DNA of 64,000 nt, taken from positions 5,548 to 69,547 of the forward strand of contig MHRT01000004.1 of assembly GCA_001821055.1 (NCBI GenBank), in the 5' to 3' direction. The translations under genes and the position numbers were made by a program. The notes beneath the pieces were generated by a model. It saw nothing but the letters and a program-made list of their open reading frames with translations, was not told where the DNA came from and did not search any database. The DNA is from Candidatus Taylorbacteria bacterium RIFCSPHIGHO2_12_FULL_45_16 (GTDB lineage Bacteria > Patescibacteriota > Minisyncoccia > Phycocordibacterales > PALSA-1337). Position 1 is the first letter of the stretch. Every line of letters begins with the position of its first letter. Below, piece after piece: positions 15,538 through 24,622 of this stretch.

Positions 15538-16551
15538 ATGAGTATGCGACGAATCCAATGTAATCACACCTACGAGGATATCATATCTATGGAAAATCTG
15601 CTTGAAGCGTGGAAGGAGTTTGTATGCGGAAAAAGAAAGCGGAGTGACATGCAGGAATTTCAACTTAAACTTTTTGAGAATATCCACAGACTTCACTCTG
15701 ACTTAAAGGACAAGTCTTACAAACACGGCTGTTATACGCCTTTCAAAATCAACGACCCAAAGCCTCGTGATATTCACAAAGCCCTCGTGCGAGATCGGCT
15801 TCTTCATCATGCACTGTATCGGAAGTTGTATCCATTTTTTGACCGAACATTTATTTCGGATTCATATTCATGTCGGAATGACAAGGGGACGCATAGAGCC
15901 TTGGACAGGTTTGGCGATTTCGCCTATCGAGCTTCGTGGGGACATACAAAAACGGTCTGGGTTTTGAAATGCGACGTCAAGAAATTTTTCGCTTCCGTAG
16001 ATTATGAAGTTTTGTTTGGAATTCTCGAGAAATATATTCCGGATAAAGATGTTATGTGGTTGATCCGGGAAATCGTCGGTAGTTTTCATTCGACGAAAGA
16101 AGGTGTCGGATTGCCTCTGGGGAATCTAACCTCGCAATTATTTGTGAACATCTACATGAATGAGTTTGATCAGTTTGTGAAGCATAGATTAAAAGAGAAG
16201 TGGTATATTCGATATGCTGATGATTTTGTGATTCTTAACCAAGATAGAAAATGGCTTGGACATGCCCTTGCGGAAACCCATCGTTTTTTGGAGCAGAAAT
16301 TACATCTTACTCTTCATCCAAATAAAATAAGCATTAGAACTTTCGCTGGAGGAGTTGATTTTTTGGGTTGGGTTCATTTTCCTACACACCGTGTGCTACG
16401 GACGGCGACTAAAAGGAGGATGTGGAGGAATGTTGAGGTGAAGAAGATGTTGAATAACGCGGACACATTACAGTCGTCAATTCAGTCGTATATGGGGATG
16501 TTGAGTCACGGAGATGCGTATAAATTGCAGGCTGTGATAAGAATGGATTGA
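15538..16551 (+). CDS. Diversity-generating retroelement reverse transcriptase
   Basis: RT motifs 'KCDVKKFFASVD', 'GLPLGNLTSQLFVNIYMNEFD' (with the DGR-specific xGxxxSQ in place of the QG of group II and retron RTs) and 'YIRYADDFVIL'. The N-terminal 'DSYSCRNDKGTHRAL' is DGR-type. There is no maturase or endonuclease domain. Confidence 0.85.
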   Translation: MSMRRIQCNHTYEDIISMENLLEAWKEFVCGKRKRSDMQEFQLKLFENIHRLHSDLKDKSYKHGCYTPFKINDPKPRDIHKALVRDRLLHHALYRKLYPFFDRTFISDSYSCRNDKGTHRALDRFGDFAYRASWGHTKTVWVLKCDVKKFFASVDYEVLFGILEKYIPDKDVMWLIREIVGSFHSTKEGVGLPLGNLTSQLFVNIYMNEFDQFVKHRLKEKWYIRYADDFVILNQDRKWLGHALAETHRFLEQKLHLTLHPNKISIRTFAGGVDFLGWVHFPTHRVLRTATKRRMWRNVEVKKMLNNADTLQSSIQSYMGMLSHGDAYKLQAVIRMD

Positions 16552-16586
16552 ACGATCTAAGACACTGTGCTAGGATAAAATCATCT

Positions 16587-16889
16587 ATGAATACCACTCA
16601 CAAAGGTTCAATTCGATGCATTATTTTCAAGGATGGCGCTACTTGGTATGGTGTTGCGCTTGAGTTTAATATTGTGGAATCAGCCGACGATGCCGACGTA
16701 GTAAGATTTAATCTAGATGAAGCCATTCAGGGCTATGTGGAATCCCAGAAAAAACTCAAAGGTACGCGTGTCTCACCTCTCAATCAAAAACCAATGAAAG
16801 AGTATGCTGATTTGTGGAATAATCTGGTGACGGATAAAGCTATTCCGAGCCCATATAAAGTCAAATCTTTCGGTTTTACTAAAGTCTAA
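16587..16889 (+). CDS. hicB: HicB-like antitoxin (UPF0150 / RNase-H-like fold)
   Basis: 'WYGVALEFNIVESADDADVVRFNLDEAIQGYVE' matches the HicB N-domain pattern. It is followed 10 nt downstream by hicA. Confidence 0.5.
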   Translation: MNTTHKGSIRCIIFKDGATWYGVALEFNIVESADDADVVRFNLDEAIQGYVESQKKLKGTRVSPLNQKPMKEYADLWNNLVTDKAIPSPYKVKSFGFTKV

Positions 16890-16899
16890 GTTAAAAGCT

Positions 16900-17130
16900 A
16901 TGCCGAAAGGAGCATTCAACTGGACGTTCAATGATGTCGTGGCCGTGCTCAAAGAAAATGGTTTTCATTTGAATCATATCAAAGGAAGTCACTATTTTTA
17001 TGTTGGTTACATTGACGGCAAGGCTCGACAGGTCTGTGTCGCCAAACATGGCAAAATCTCATTCAAACCAAGAACTTTCAAGGGAATGATGGAGCAATCT
17101 GGGCTTTCCAGAGATAAGTGGGGATTATAA
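16900..17130 (+). CDS. hicA: HicA-like mRNA interferase toxin
   Basis: 'VLKENGFHLNHIKGSHYFY' matches the HicA/YcfA dsRBD-like 'GSH' motif. Length 76 aa. Confidence 0.6.
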   Translation: MPKGAFNWTFNDVVAVLKENGFHLNHIKGSHYFYVGYIDGKARQVCVAKHGKISFKPRTFKGMMEQSGLSRDKWGL

Positions 17131-17136
17131 AAATAT

Positions 17137-18378
17137 TTAGGCGACCTTCTCCACAATCTCTTTTCCTCTCTCATTAAAAACTCCATACGTTTCGATGATT
17201 CCACGCGCGCTCTGAATTCTGACCAGATCTTCATTGAGGTCGGTATTCGGATAAATAGCTAGATTATAACCAAGCGATTCGAGCGCTGTAATCTTTTCCG
17301 CTGGAACAACCTTTGATGTTTTCGTTACCCGCTGAACAATCTGCGCACCATCATTTATGGGGATGAGTGGCTGATCGATTTTTTCACCTAACAGGGCTTT
17401 TAGGTGTGCCTCAAAAGTGGTAATACCACATAACCTAGTGGCGACTCTGCTAATTTGACCTTGAATTCTATTTTCATTTTGCAAATGTGATTCAAAACTG
17501 GCTGAAGCCGGCTGGCGGGCGTTTATTTCTATGAGATAAATCGTGCCGGTTTTGTCGTCTTGGATAACATCAACGCCATACAAACCGCGCCAGCCGGCGA
17601 TGTTTAGTTTCTTGCCTATGTCGCTGGTCATGGTTTCGATAAATTCAACCTCGGTCTCATTGAGGAGATTGTGCGTGACTCCCCAGTCGTTGCCCACGGT
17701 ACTAAATGGATTGTCGGTAAACGGAGCGACGCCAGTTATTTGGTAACTTATATTTCCCACGAGAATTTTATCCGCGGCGACAATAGCGTTTACGGTGAAC
17801 GAAGGCCCGTGGATATGAATAGTGCGGCGAGTTACCCGATAGGGAAATTTTTCTTGAATGGTTTTGAGCTCGGTTTCGGAACTGATGAGGAATGTGCCGC
17901 CACCCGTATGGCCGTGGGCCCACTGGATGATAAATGGTTCACCGGTCCAAGTCAGATTTTTGGCAGGCATGATGATATGGTGTGGCAGATATTTCCGACC
18001 CAATTCACCCAACCATTCTATCTGGCTCATTTTGTTTTCAACCGTTTCGGATAATTGCGCTTTCGGATTTAGAAGTCGTAGGCCACTTTTGGCGGCTGCT
18101 TCCTCAACGCGGGCGGTATTTTTGAAGACCAGAACATCACTCTTTTGGGCGGCTAGCTTCTCTTTGACCACGGGATGATCCATGAGCTCACTGGTGCCAA
18201 GGACACCGTCTTCGGGAGTGCCATTGACCAAAATTACGCTGTCTTCTGGGCATCGCGAGGCATATTTTTCCGAATAAGGCGTCTTGTTGGCCACGACGAC
18301 ATATTCGCCCGAAGGTTCCATGCCAATAGCGCGCTCAAGGTCGCGAGTTATGTAAGTGATTGGTCGGGGGAGTTTCAT
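17137..18378 (-). CDS. ATP-grasp domain enzyme (carboxylate-amine ligase superfamily)
   Basis: 'GLYGVDVIQDDKTGTIYLIEINARQ' is the ATP-grasp catalytic E-x-N motif. A Gly-rich 'HGHTGGGTF' loop is also present. Confidence 0.55.
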   Translation of the reverse strand: MKLPRPITYITRDLERAIGMEPSGEYVVVANKTPYSEKYASRCPEDSVILVNGTPEDGVLGTSELMDHPVVKEKLAAQKSDVLVFKNTARVEEAAAKSGLRLLNPKAQLSETVENKMSQIEWLGELGRKYLPHHIIMPAKNLTWTGEPFIIQWAHGHTGGGTFLISSETELKTIQEKFPYRVTRRTIHIHGPSFTVNAIVAADKILVGNISYQITGVAPFTDNPFSTVGNDWGVTHNLLNETEVEFIETMTSDIGKKLNIAGWRGLYGVDVIQDDKTGTIYLIEINARQPASASFESHLQNENRIQGQISRVATRLCGITTFEAHLKALLGEKIDQPLIPINDGAQIVQRVTKTSKVVPAEKITALESLGYNLAIYPNTDLNEDLVRIQSARGIIETYGVFNERGKEIVEKVA

Positions 18379-18522
18379 TGTTTCAATCTAGCAGAAAAGT
18401 AAAGATTGTTCTAATTGACCGAAGGATAAAAAGATGATCAAGTTTTCAATGACCAACGACAGACTTAATTTATTTGAGATTTGATCATTGGAAACTTGCA
18501 CCATCTGTGTTATGGTGCTCGC

Positions 18523-19236
18523 ATGTCTACTCTCTCCATTATCGCCACCCCTATCGGTAATCTCGAAGACATCACTCTTCGCGCTCTCAAAGCCTTGGCC
18601 ACGGCTGATATTATTCTTTGTGAAGACACGCGAGTGACGAAAAAGTTGCTTGACCGGCATGGCATCAAAAAACAGACTTTGTCATATCACGCCCATAGCA
18701 AACTTTCACGTGTCTGGGAAATCGTTGATTATCTGAAGAAAGGGAGAAATCTAGCGCTGGTGTCTGACGCTGGTACGCCGGGCATCTCCGATCCAGGTTC
18801 GGAGTTGGTCAAGAAAATTCGTCAGGAATTGGAAAATGAAATCAGGACGGGCAAAGTAAAAATTGAAACAATTCCCGGACCCTCTGCTTTGACTTCGGCG
18901 CTTTCTGTCGCCGGCGTGCCCTGCGCCGACTTTACTTTTTTGGGATTTTTGCCACACAAGAAAGGCCGAGAAACATTGTTCAAAGAAATTTCCCAATCGG
19001 TCCGAACCGTGGTTTTCTACGAATCGCCGCATCGAATCGTGAAAACCTTGGAAAGTCTGGAGGAACATTTGAATGGTAATACGGATGATGCCTCGCCACA
19101 GATAGTTACCATTTGCCGCGAATTGACCAAAATTTTTGAAGAAGTGGTCCAGGGAACCGCCAAGGAAGTAAAGAATTATTTTGAGGAACATCCGGATAAA
19201 GTCAGGGGAGAATTTGTGGTGATAGTTTCGGGGTAA
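18523..19236 (+). CDS. rsmI: 16S rRNA (cytidine1402-2'-O)-methyltransferase RsmI
   Basis: Tetrapyrrole-methylase-fold signature 'IIATPIGNLEDITLRALKAL...ILCEDTRVTKKLL...SDAGTPGISDPG'. Confidence 0.8.
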   Translation: MSTLSIIATPIGNLEDITLRALKALATADIILCEDTRVTKKLLDRHGIKKQTLSYHAHSKLSRVWEIVDYLKKGRNLALVSDAGTPGISDPGSELVKKIRQELENEIRTGKVKIETIPGPSALTSALSVAGVPCADFTFLGFLPHKKGRETLFKEISQSVRTVVFYESPHRIVKTLESLEEHLNGNTDDASPQIVTICRELTKIFEEVVQGTAKEVKNYFEEHPDKVRGEFVVIVSG

Positions 19237-19346
19237 AAATGTTTATTAACCTAGATTAATCTGAATAATTTGAGTTGGGATAGATTTTAAGGAAAATAAA
19301 TGTAATAAAAAAAGACCGCACAGCGTTTGGAAGACTGGCGGCTGCA

Positions 19347-19766
19347 CTATTTGATTCCAAGGATTTTCTCTACAGCTTTGACATCTTGTGGTCTCTTAGA
19401 AATCACGGCGATTTCTTCGATCCGATCGTTGGCGACGATAACCAGGACCTGCTCCTCGTTTTTCAAGAGTTTGGGTTCTTTGATCTGAAACGGCAATTCG
19501 TCGGTTCTCAACGGGCTCTCGATTTGATCGGCGGACACAAGAATAACTTGTCCCGGATCTTCTGGTCTGGACCGACAAGTCAGACTGGTCTTGACCAACC
19601 TTTGAAATGGGTCAATCCTCAAGAGACATTTACCGCTTTCGATTTTCGCCGTTTTCAATAGTCCAACATACCAACCAGTGTTCTGGTGGTAAAGTCTCAC
19701 GGCTCCACCGAAAAGAAAACCACGAAAATTTTCCGAAGAAAGATCTACTAGATTGACAGTATCCAC
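19347..19766 (-). CDS. Hypothetical protein
   Basis: Open frame of 139 aa. No recognisable motif. Confidence 0.3.
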   Translation of the reverse strand: MDTVNLVDLSSENFRGFLFGGAVRLYHQNTGWYVGLLKTAKIESGKCLLRIDPFQRLVKTSLTCRSRPEDPGQVILVSADQIESPLRTDELPFQIKEPKLLKNEEQVLVIVANDRIEEIAVISKRPQDVKAVEKILGIK

Positions 19767-19831
19767 GGGGACACCCCCCCTTTCTCAATTATCTGTTCAT
19801 AAAACAGATATTCTAGCTTTATCATACCATT

Positions 19832-20164
19832 TTGCGCTATAATGGCCACATGTCAAAAAGACAATTTCTGATAATCTTGGGAGTTTGGGTCATGGTATTT
19901 CTGTTTCTCGGCTTTCCGACAACATGGGATAAAGTGTTGTCGTTAGTGACGGGAGTGTTGATTATCGTCGTCGCGTCAAAATTTAAGCCAGCTACGCGTG
20001 AAATTTTGCCCGAACACTTGTCGTATATTGAACACAAATCCGTGAAGCCAATCGAATCCGTCGCAAAGCCAATCGATTCTTCAAAACAACAGACCACAAT
20101 AACTTCGCCGACGCTGGCAAATCCAACCGGAACCATTACCAGTACTGACGCCATGGCTTCATGA
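19832..20164 (+). CDS. Small membrane protein. Its 3' end overlaps the next gene's start by 4 nt.
   Basis: Two hydrophobic helices, then a Thr/Ser-rich tail. Confidence 0.3.
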   Translation: MRYNGHMSKRQFLIILGVWVMVFLFLGFPTTWDKVLSLVTGVLIIVVASKFKPATREILPEHLSYIEHKSVKPIESVAKPIDSSKQQTTITSPTLANPTGTITSTDAMAS

Positions 20165-21453
20165 GGGATTTTTGGCGCGAGTCTGGAGCCACCAGCACGA
20201 TGACGATAATCATCGGCGCGTTTTTAATCGTTGTTGCGGTTTTTTTGATTATCTGGTTTTTGCCGATGGGTTCTATTTCCTATTCAATGATTGAATTGGA
20301 AAATACGGCTTCTGCCATGGATGGGACGACGACCGCCGTAAATGCTTCAACCACACTTGTCACTATCGCGTCTTCCACGTCACCAGCGTTTGTCATCACG
20401 CATATTCCCACGCCAGCGCCGCTCAAAGGTCTATACATGACCAGCTGGGCGGCCGGCAACGACAAATTTCGCGCGCATTTATTTGATCTTGTTGATACCA
20501 CGGAAATCAACGCGGTAGTGATTGATGTCAAAGACTATACGGGTCGCATCAGTTTCATGGTTGAAGATCCGGAACTGGCGCGGATCGGCGCGGCGCAGAC
20601 GCGCATCCTCGATATCAAGGAATTTATCGGTAAGCTTCACGAAAAGGGCGTGTATGTGATTGCGCGCATTTCAGTCTTCCAAGATTCATATTTGATAAAT
20701 GTCTATCCCGAATGGGCGGTCAAGACCAGGGCGGGAGAAGTTTGGAAGGATTACAAAGGCGTCAAGTGGCTTGATCCGGCGGCCAAGCCAGTCTGGGAAT
20801 ATGTTGCTCGGATTGGACGTGAGGCCCACAAGGTCGGTTTTGACGAATTAAATTTTGATTACATTCGTTTTCCGTCTGACGGGAATCTAGAGGATATTTC
20901 ATATACTTGGGGAGAAGGTCGTGGGCGTGTGGAGATTGTCAAAGATTTTTATTCATTTATTCATGAACAGTTTTCAGGTTCAGGCATCCCGACTTCGGCG
21001 GACATATTCGGTTTGACGACGAGCGCGGAAGGCGATTTGGGCATCGGTCAGATACTGGAATTCGCCCTGGAATCTTTCGATTATGTGGCGCCGATGGTCT
21101 ACCCATCGCATTTTGGTGCGGGTTTTAGTGGCTATGCGAAACCAGCTCAATATCCATACGAGATTGTCCAATTGTCAATGAATAATGCTATTCGCAAAGC
21201 CGAAGCCACGACGACGAATTCATATATGCTTGGATTGGAAATGATCGCCTCGACAAGTCCGCAACTTTACACAAAAAAATCCTACAACATCCAGAAATTG
21301 CGTCCGTGGTTGCAAGCTTTTGATCTTGGGGCGATCTACACACCGGAAATGGTGCGTAAACAAATACAGGCGATTTATGATGTAGGTCTTTCAAGCTGGA
21401 TGTTATGGAATGCCGGTAGTGTGTATGACAGAGAGACGTTGCTGGAAAAATGA
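20161..21453 (+). CDS. Putative glycoside-hydrolase-like TIM-barrel protein (DUF4015 / GHL-type) with an N-terminal TM anchor
   Basis: 'LKGLYMTSWAAGNDKFRAHLFDLVDTTEINAVVIDVKDYTGRISF' and 'VIARISVFQD' match DUF4015-type proteins. Confidence 0.45.
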   Translation: MRDFWRESGATSTMTIIIGAFLIVVAVFLIIWFLPMGSISYSMIELENTASAMDGTTTAVNASTTLVTIASSTSPAFVITHIPTPAPLKGLYMTSWAAGNDKFRAHLFDLVDTTEINAVVIDVKDYTGRISFMVEDPELARIGAAQTRILDIKEFIGKLHEKGVYVIARISVFQDSYLINVYPEWAVKTRAGEVWKDYKGVKWLDPAAKPVWEYVARIGREAHKVGFDELNFDYIRFPSDGNLEDISYTWGEGRGRVEIVKDFYSFIHEQFSGSGIPTSADIFGLTTSAEGDLGIGQILEFALESFDYVAPMVYPSHFGAGFSGYAKPAQYPYEIVQLSMNNAIRKAEATTTNSYMLGLEMIASTSPQLYTKKSYNIQKLRPWLQAFDLGAIYTPEMVRKQIQAIYDVGLSSWMLWNAGSVYDRETLLEK

Positions 21454-21518
21454 TTGATTGAACTCCTGACATTTTGGCACTGGGATGTGATTTCCCTTAT
21501 GTTATACTATAGTCATAT

Positions 21519-23267
21519 ATGACTCCTGTTCCTACCGACGAAAATCGCATAATCTACTTTGCCGAGACTGATGCTCGCAACAAACGGGTCAAATTTGGCA
21601 TCAAAGCCAAGGACCGCACGAAGCATATCTATGTGATTGGCAAGACCGGCATGGGCAAATCAACTTTGCTGGAAAATATGGCTGTGCAGGATATCCAAAA
21701 TGGTGAAGGTATGGCTTTCATTGATCCGCACGGCAAAACGGCAGATTTACTCCTTGAATATGTCCCAAAAGAAAGGATTCGTGACGTTATTCACATCGCT
21801 CCGTTTGATGTTGACTTTCCCATTTCATTCAATGTGCTTGAAAGCGTTGATCCCACAAAACGACATCTGGTCGTTTCCGGACTGATGAGCACTTTCAAAA
21901 AAATATGGGTTGACGCTTGGTCGGCCCGCATGGAATATATTTTGATTAATACATTACTGGCGCTTCTAGAGGCTCCCAATAGCACATTGCTCGGCGTCAA
22001 CAGGATGCTGTCGGACAAGGAATATCGCAAAGAAATTATCTCGCATGTTCAAGATCCATCAGTCAAGGCATTCTGGACAAAGGAGTTCGCCGGCTATACC
22101 GAACGCCAAGCCGCCGAAGCTGTGCCGGCCATCCAAAACAAAGTCGGTCAATTTACCGCTAACCCGCTTATCCGCAACATGATCGGCCAGCCCATCTCAA
22201 CCTTTGATTTTCGTCAGGCCATGGACAACCGAAAGATCATCATCATCAATCTATCAAAAGGAAGAATCGGCGATGAGAACATGAAACTACTCGGCGGCTT
22301 ATTGGTGACCAAAATATATTTGGCGGCCATGTCGCGTGCCGATGTGCCCGACCGCGTGATGAAGATGTTGCCGAATTTTTATCTTTTCGTGGATGAATTC
22401 CAAAACTTCGCCAACGCCTCATTTGCCGACATTCTTTCCGAGGCCCGAAAATATAAATTAAATCTTACGATCGCGCATCAATATATAGAACAAATGGACG
22501 AGATCGTGAAGCCGGCGGTTTTTGGCAACGTCGGGACGATGATCACTTTCCGCGTCGGAGCGACTGACGCCGAAGCCTTGGAGCAAGAATTCGCCCCTGT
22601 ATTTACGATAGAAGATCTGGTGAATATGGGAGCCTATCAAATCTATTTGAAATTGATGATAGACGGCCTAAGCTCGGCGCCATTTTCTGCCAGGACTCTT
22701 GACGCTATTCCTCATCCGGATACATCGTATGTCCAAGAAATCATCGCGTCATCGCGTGCGCAATTTTCCCATCCGCGCGCGGAAGTCGAGCAGATCATCC
22801 TCAAATTCCATGAGCCGACGGTGCCGGTAAAGAAGGCTATGACGTCTTCGTCGGAGAGCCGTCCACCTGCTTCGTTACCGGTTCAACAAAAGAAAAGTCA
22901 GACCATTCCCGCGCCGGTCCCGCCGGTCGTCAAAGAGCAGATTTCTGTACCAGTCTCCGCACCGATGACAAAACCATCGCCGGTAATGCCCGCACGACCG
23001 ATTCCGATTCCGATTCCAACTCCAACCCAACAGATGAAGCCAGTTTCATTGTCATCGCTGGCACCGAAAACTTCTACGCAAAAACAAGATCCGAAAATTC
23101 CGTCGGCGAGAAATATTAATGATTTGAAAAACGCTTTGGCAGCGGCGTTGAGTAAATCGAAGGTCGAAAATGCAAAAGAACAGACTCAAAAACCGATTGC
23201 GGATATCTCCACGAAACCACCCGAAGTCCCGGAAGAAGTGCTCGAGAAGGTGTTGAAAGTTGACTAA
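21519..23267 (+). CDS. TraD/VirD4/TrwB-like P-loop ATPase (type IV coupling-protein family) with a Pro-rich C-terminal tail
   Basis: Walker A 'IGKTGMGKSTLL', 'FIDPHG', Walker B 'LFVDEFQNF', 'SEARKYKLNLTIAHQYIEQMD'. A low-complexity PAPVPPV tail follows. Confidence 0.5.
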   Translation: MTPVPTDENRIIYFAETDARNKRVKFGIKAKDRTKHIYVIGKTGMGKSTLLENMAVQDIQNGEGMAFIDPHGKTADLLLEYVPKERIRDVIHIAPFDVDFPISFNVLESVDPTKRHLVVSGLMSTFKKIWVDAWSARMEYILINTLLALLEAPNSTLLGVNRMLSDKEYRKEIISHVQDPSVKAFWTKEFAGYTERQAAEAVPAIQNKVGQFTANPLIRNMIGQPISTFDFRQAMDNRKIIIINLSKGRIGDENMKLLGGLLVTKIYLAAMSRADVPDRVMKMLPNFYLFVDEFQNFANASFADILSEARKYKLNLTIAHQYIEQMDEIVKPAVFGNVGTMITFRVGATDAEALEQEFAPVFTIEDLVNMGAYQIYLKLMIDGLSSAPFSARTLDAIPHPDTSYVQEIIASSRAQFSHPRAEVEQIILKFHEPTVPVKKAMTSSSESRPPASLPVQQKKSQTIPAPVPPVVKEQISVPVSAPMTKPSPVMPARPIPIPIPTPTQQMKPVSLSSLAPKTSTQKQDPKIPSARNINDLKNALAAALSKSKVENAKEQTQKPIADISTKPPEVPEEVLEKVLKVD

Positions 23268-23332
23268 AGATAAGCTGATAACTAGTATACTGGTAACTGG
23301 CTGACTGGTTTCCGGTTGTCGGTTTATGAATT

Positions 23333-24571
23333 ATGACTACATTACCACAGACAAATATGAACACTCCCCGCCGTGTTTTGATATTCTCGTTGGTATATTA
23401 TCCGGATTTTGTTGGCGGAGCGGAAGTGGCTGTCAAAGAAGTAACCGATCGGACGTCTCCGGAAGAGATTGAATTTGACATGATAACTCTGCGTTTTGAC
23501 TCACATCTGCCCAAATTTGAGCGAGTTGGTAATGTGAATGTGCATCGAATCGGTTGGACCGCGAATCAAAAAGTCTATTCCGATTCGTTGCCGTGGCATT
23601 TGCACCTCAACAAATACGCGTACTTGCTGATTGGTTTTTGTAAAGCCGTGTCGCTGTATCGAACGCGAAAATATGACACGATTTGGTCGTTAATGGCCAC
23701 CTATAATTCCTTTGCCGCACTTTTCTTTAAACTGGTTTATCCAAAGATTCCGTTTATCCTCACTCTCCAAGACGGAGATCCTATCGCCTACCTCAAACGC
23801 CGGGCTTTGCCCTTGTATCCGATTTTCAAGATGATATTTACCCGTGCCGATCGTATCCAGGTGATTTCAAAATATCTGGCCGATTGGGCTAAAGAAATGG
23901 GAGCGAAATGTCCGATTATCGTCGTGCCGAACGCCGTTGATTATGGGCTTTTTTCTGGAAGCCTTTCCATAGGAGAAACTTCTGAGCTCAAGCGCAAGTT
24001 GGACAAAAAAGATGGGGATATTTTTCTGATTACCACTTCGCGCTTGGTTACCAAAAACGCGGTCGGGGACATCATTTCCGCCATGATATATTTGCCCAAC
24101 AATGTAAAATTACTTGTTCTTGGCCAAGGATATCAAGAGGCTGATCTCAAGGACCAAAGCGCGCGGCTAAAACTCGCCAATCAGGCGGAGGCTGAAGATA
24201 GAGTAAAGTTTCTGGGATATATTTCGCACAAAGACATGCCACCGTATCTCCACATTTCCGACATTTTTGTCAGACCGTCTCTGTCCGAAGGTTTGGGGAA
24301 TTCATTTCTGGAAGCCATGGCTGCGGGCATTCCGGTCATTGCCACGCCTGTTGGAGGAATCCCGGATTTCCTAGTGGATGGGGAGACTGGACTTTTCTGC
24401 GAAGTCAACAATCCGCATAGCATCGCCCAGAAAGTCGAGAAGCTGATCAAGGACAGGGAATCACGAGATTACATCATCAAGAATGCCCGGGAGATGGTTC
24501 TGCAAAAATATAGCTGGGAGCGAGTGGCTGGGGAGATGAGGGAGGTGCTTACAGGTCTTCAAAAGGGTTAA
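23333..24571 (+). CDS. Glycosyltransferase family 4 (GT-B, glycos_transf_1)
   Basis: 'RPSLSEGLGNSFLEAMAAGIPVIATPVGGIPDFL' is the EX7E region. Confidence 0.75.
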   Translation: MTTLPQTNMNTPRRVLIFSLVYYPDFVGGAEVAVKEVTDRTSPEEIEFDMITLRFDSHLPKFERVGNVNVHRIGWTANQKVYSDSLPWHLHLNKYAYLLIGFCKAVSLYRTRKYDTIWSLMATYNSFAALFFKLVYPKIPFILTLQDGDPIAYLKRRALPLYPIFKMIFTRADRIQVISKYLADWAKEMGAKCPIIVVPNAVDYGLFSGSLSIGETSELKRKLDKKDGDIFLITTSRLVTKNAVGDIISAMIYLPNNVKLLVLGQGYQEADLKDQSARLKLANQAEAEDRVKFLGYISHKDMPPYLHISDIFVRPSLSEGLGNSFLEAMAAGIPVIATPVGGIPDFLVDGETGLFCEVNNPHSIAQKVEKLIKDRESRDYIIKNAREMVLQKYSWERVAGEMREVLTGLQKG

Positions 24572-24622
24572 ATTTTTGGTATTTTGACTTATTCAATTTA
24601 TACGTTATGATTTTTTAAGACT

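Noticed and set aside
15481-16551. RT as a group II intron or retron reverse transcriptase
   Set aside because: There is no maturase or endonuclease domain and no intron RNA domain V-like structure. Motif 4 is LGNLTSQ (DGR-type) rather than the QG of group II and retron RTs. The adenine-specific TR/VR pair confirms a DGR.
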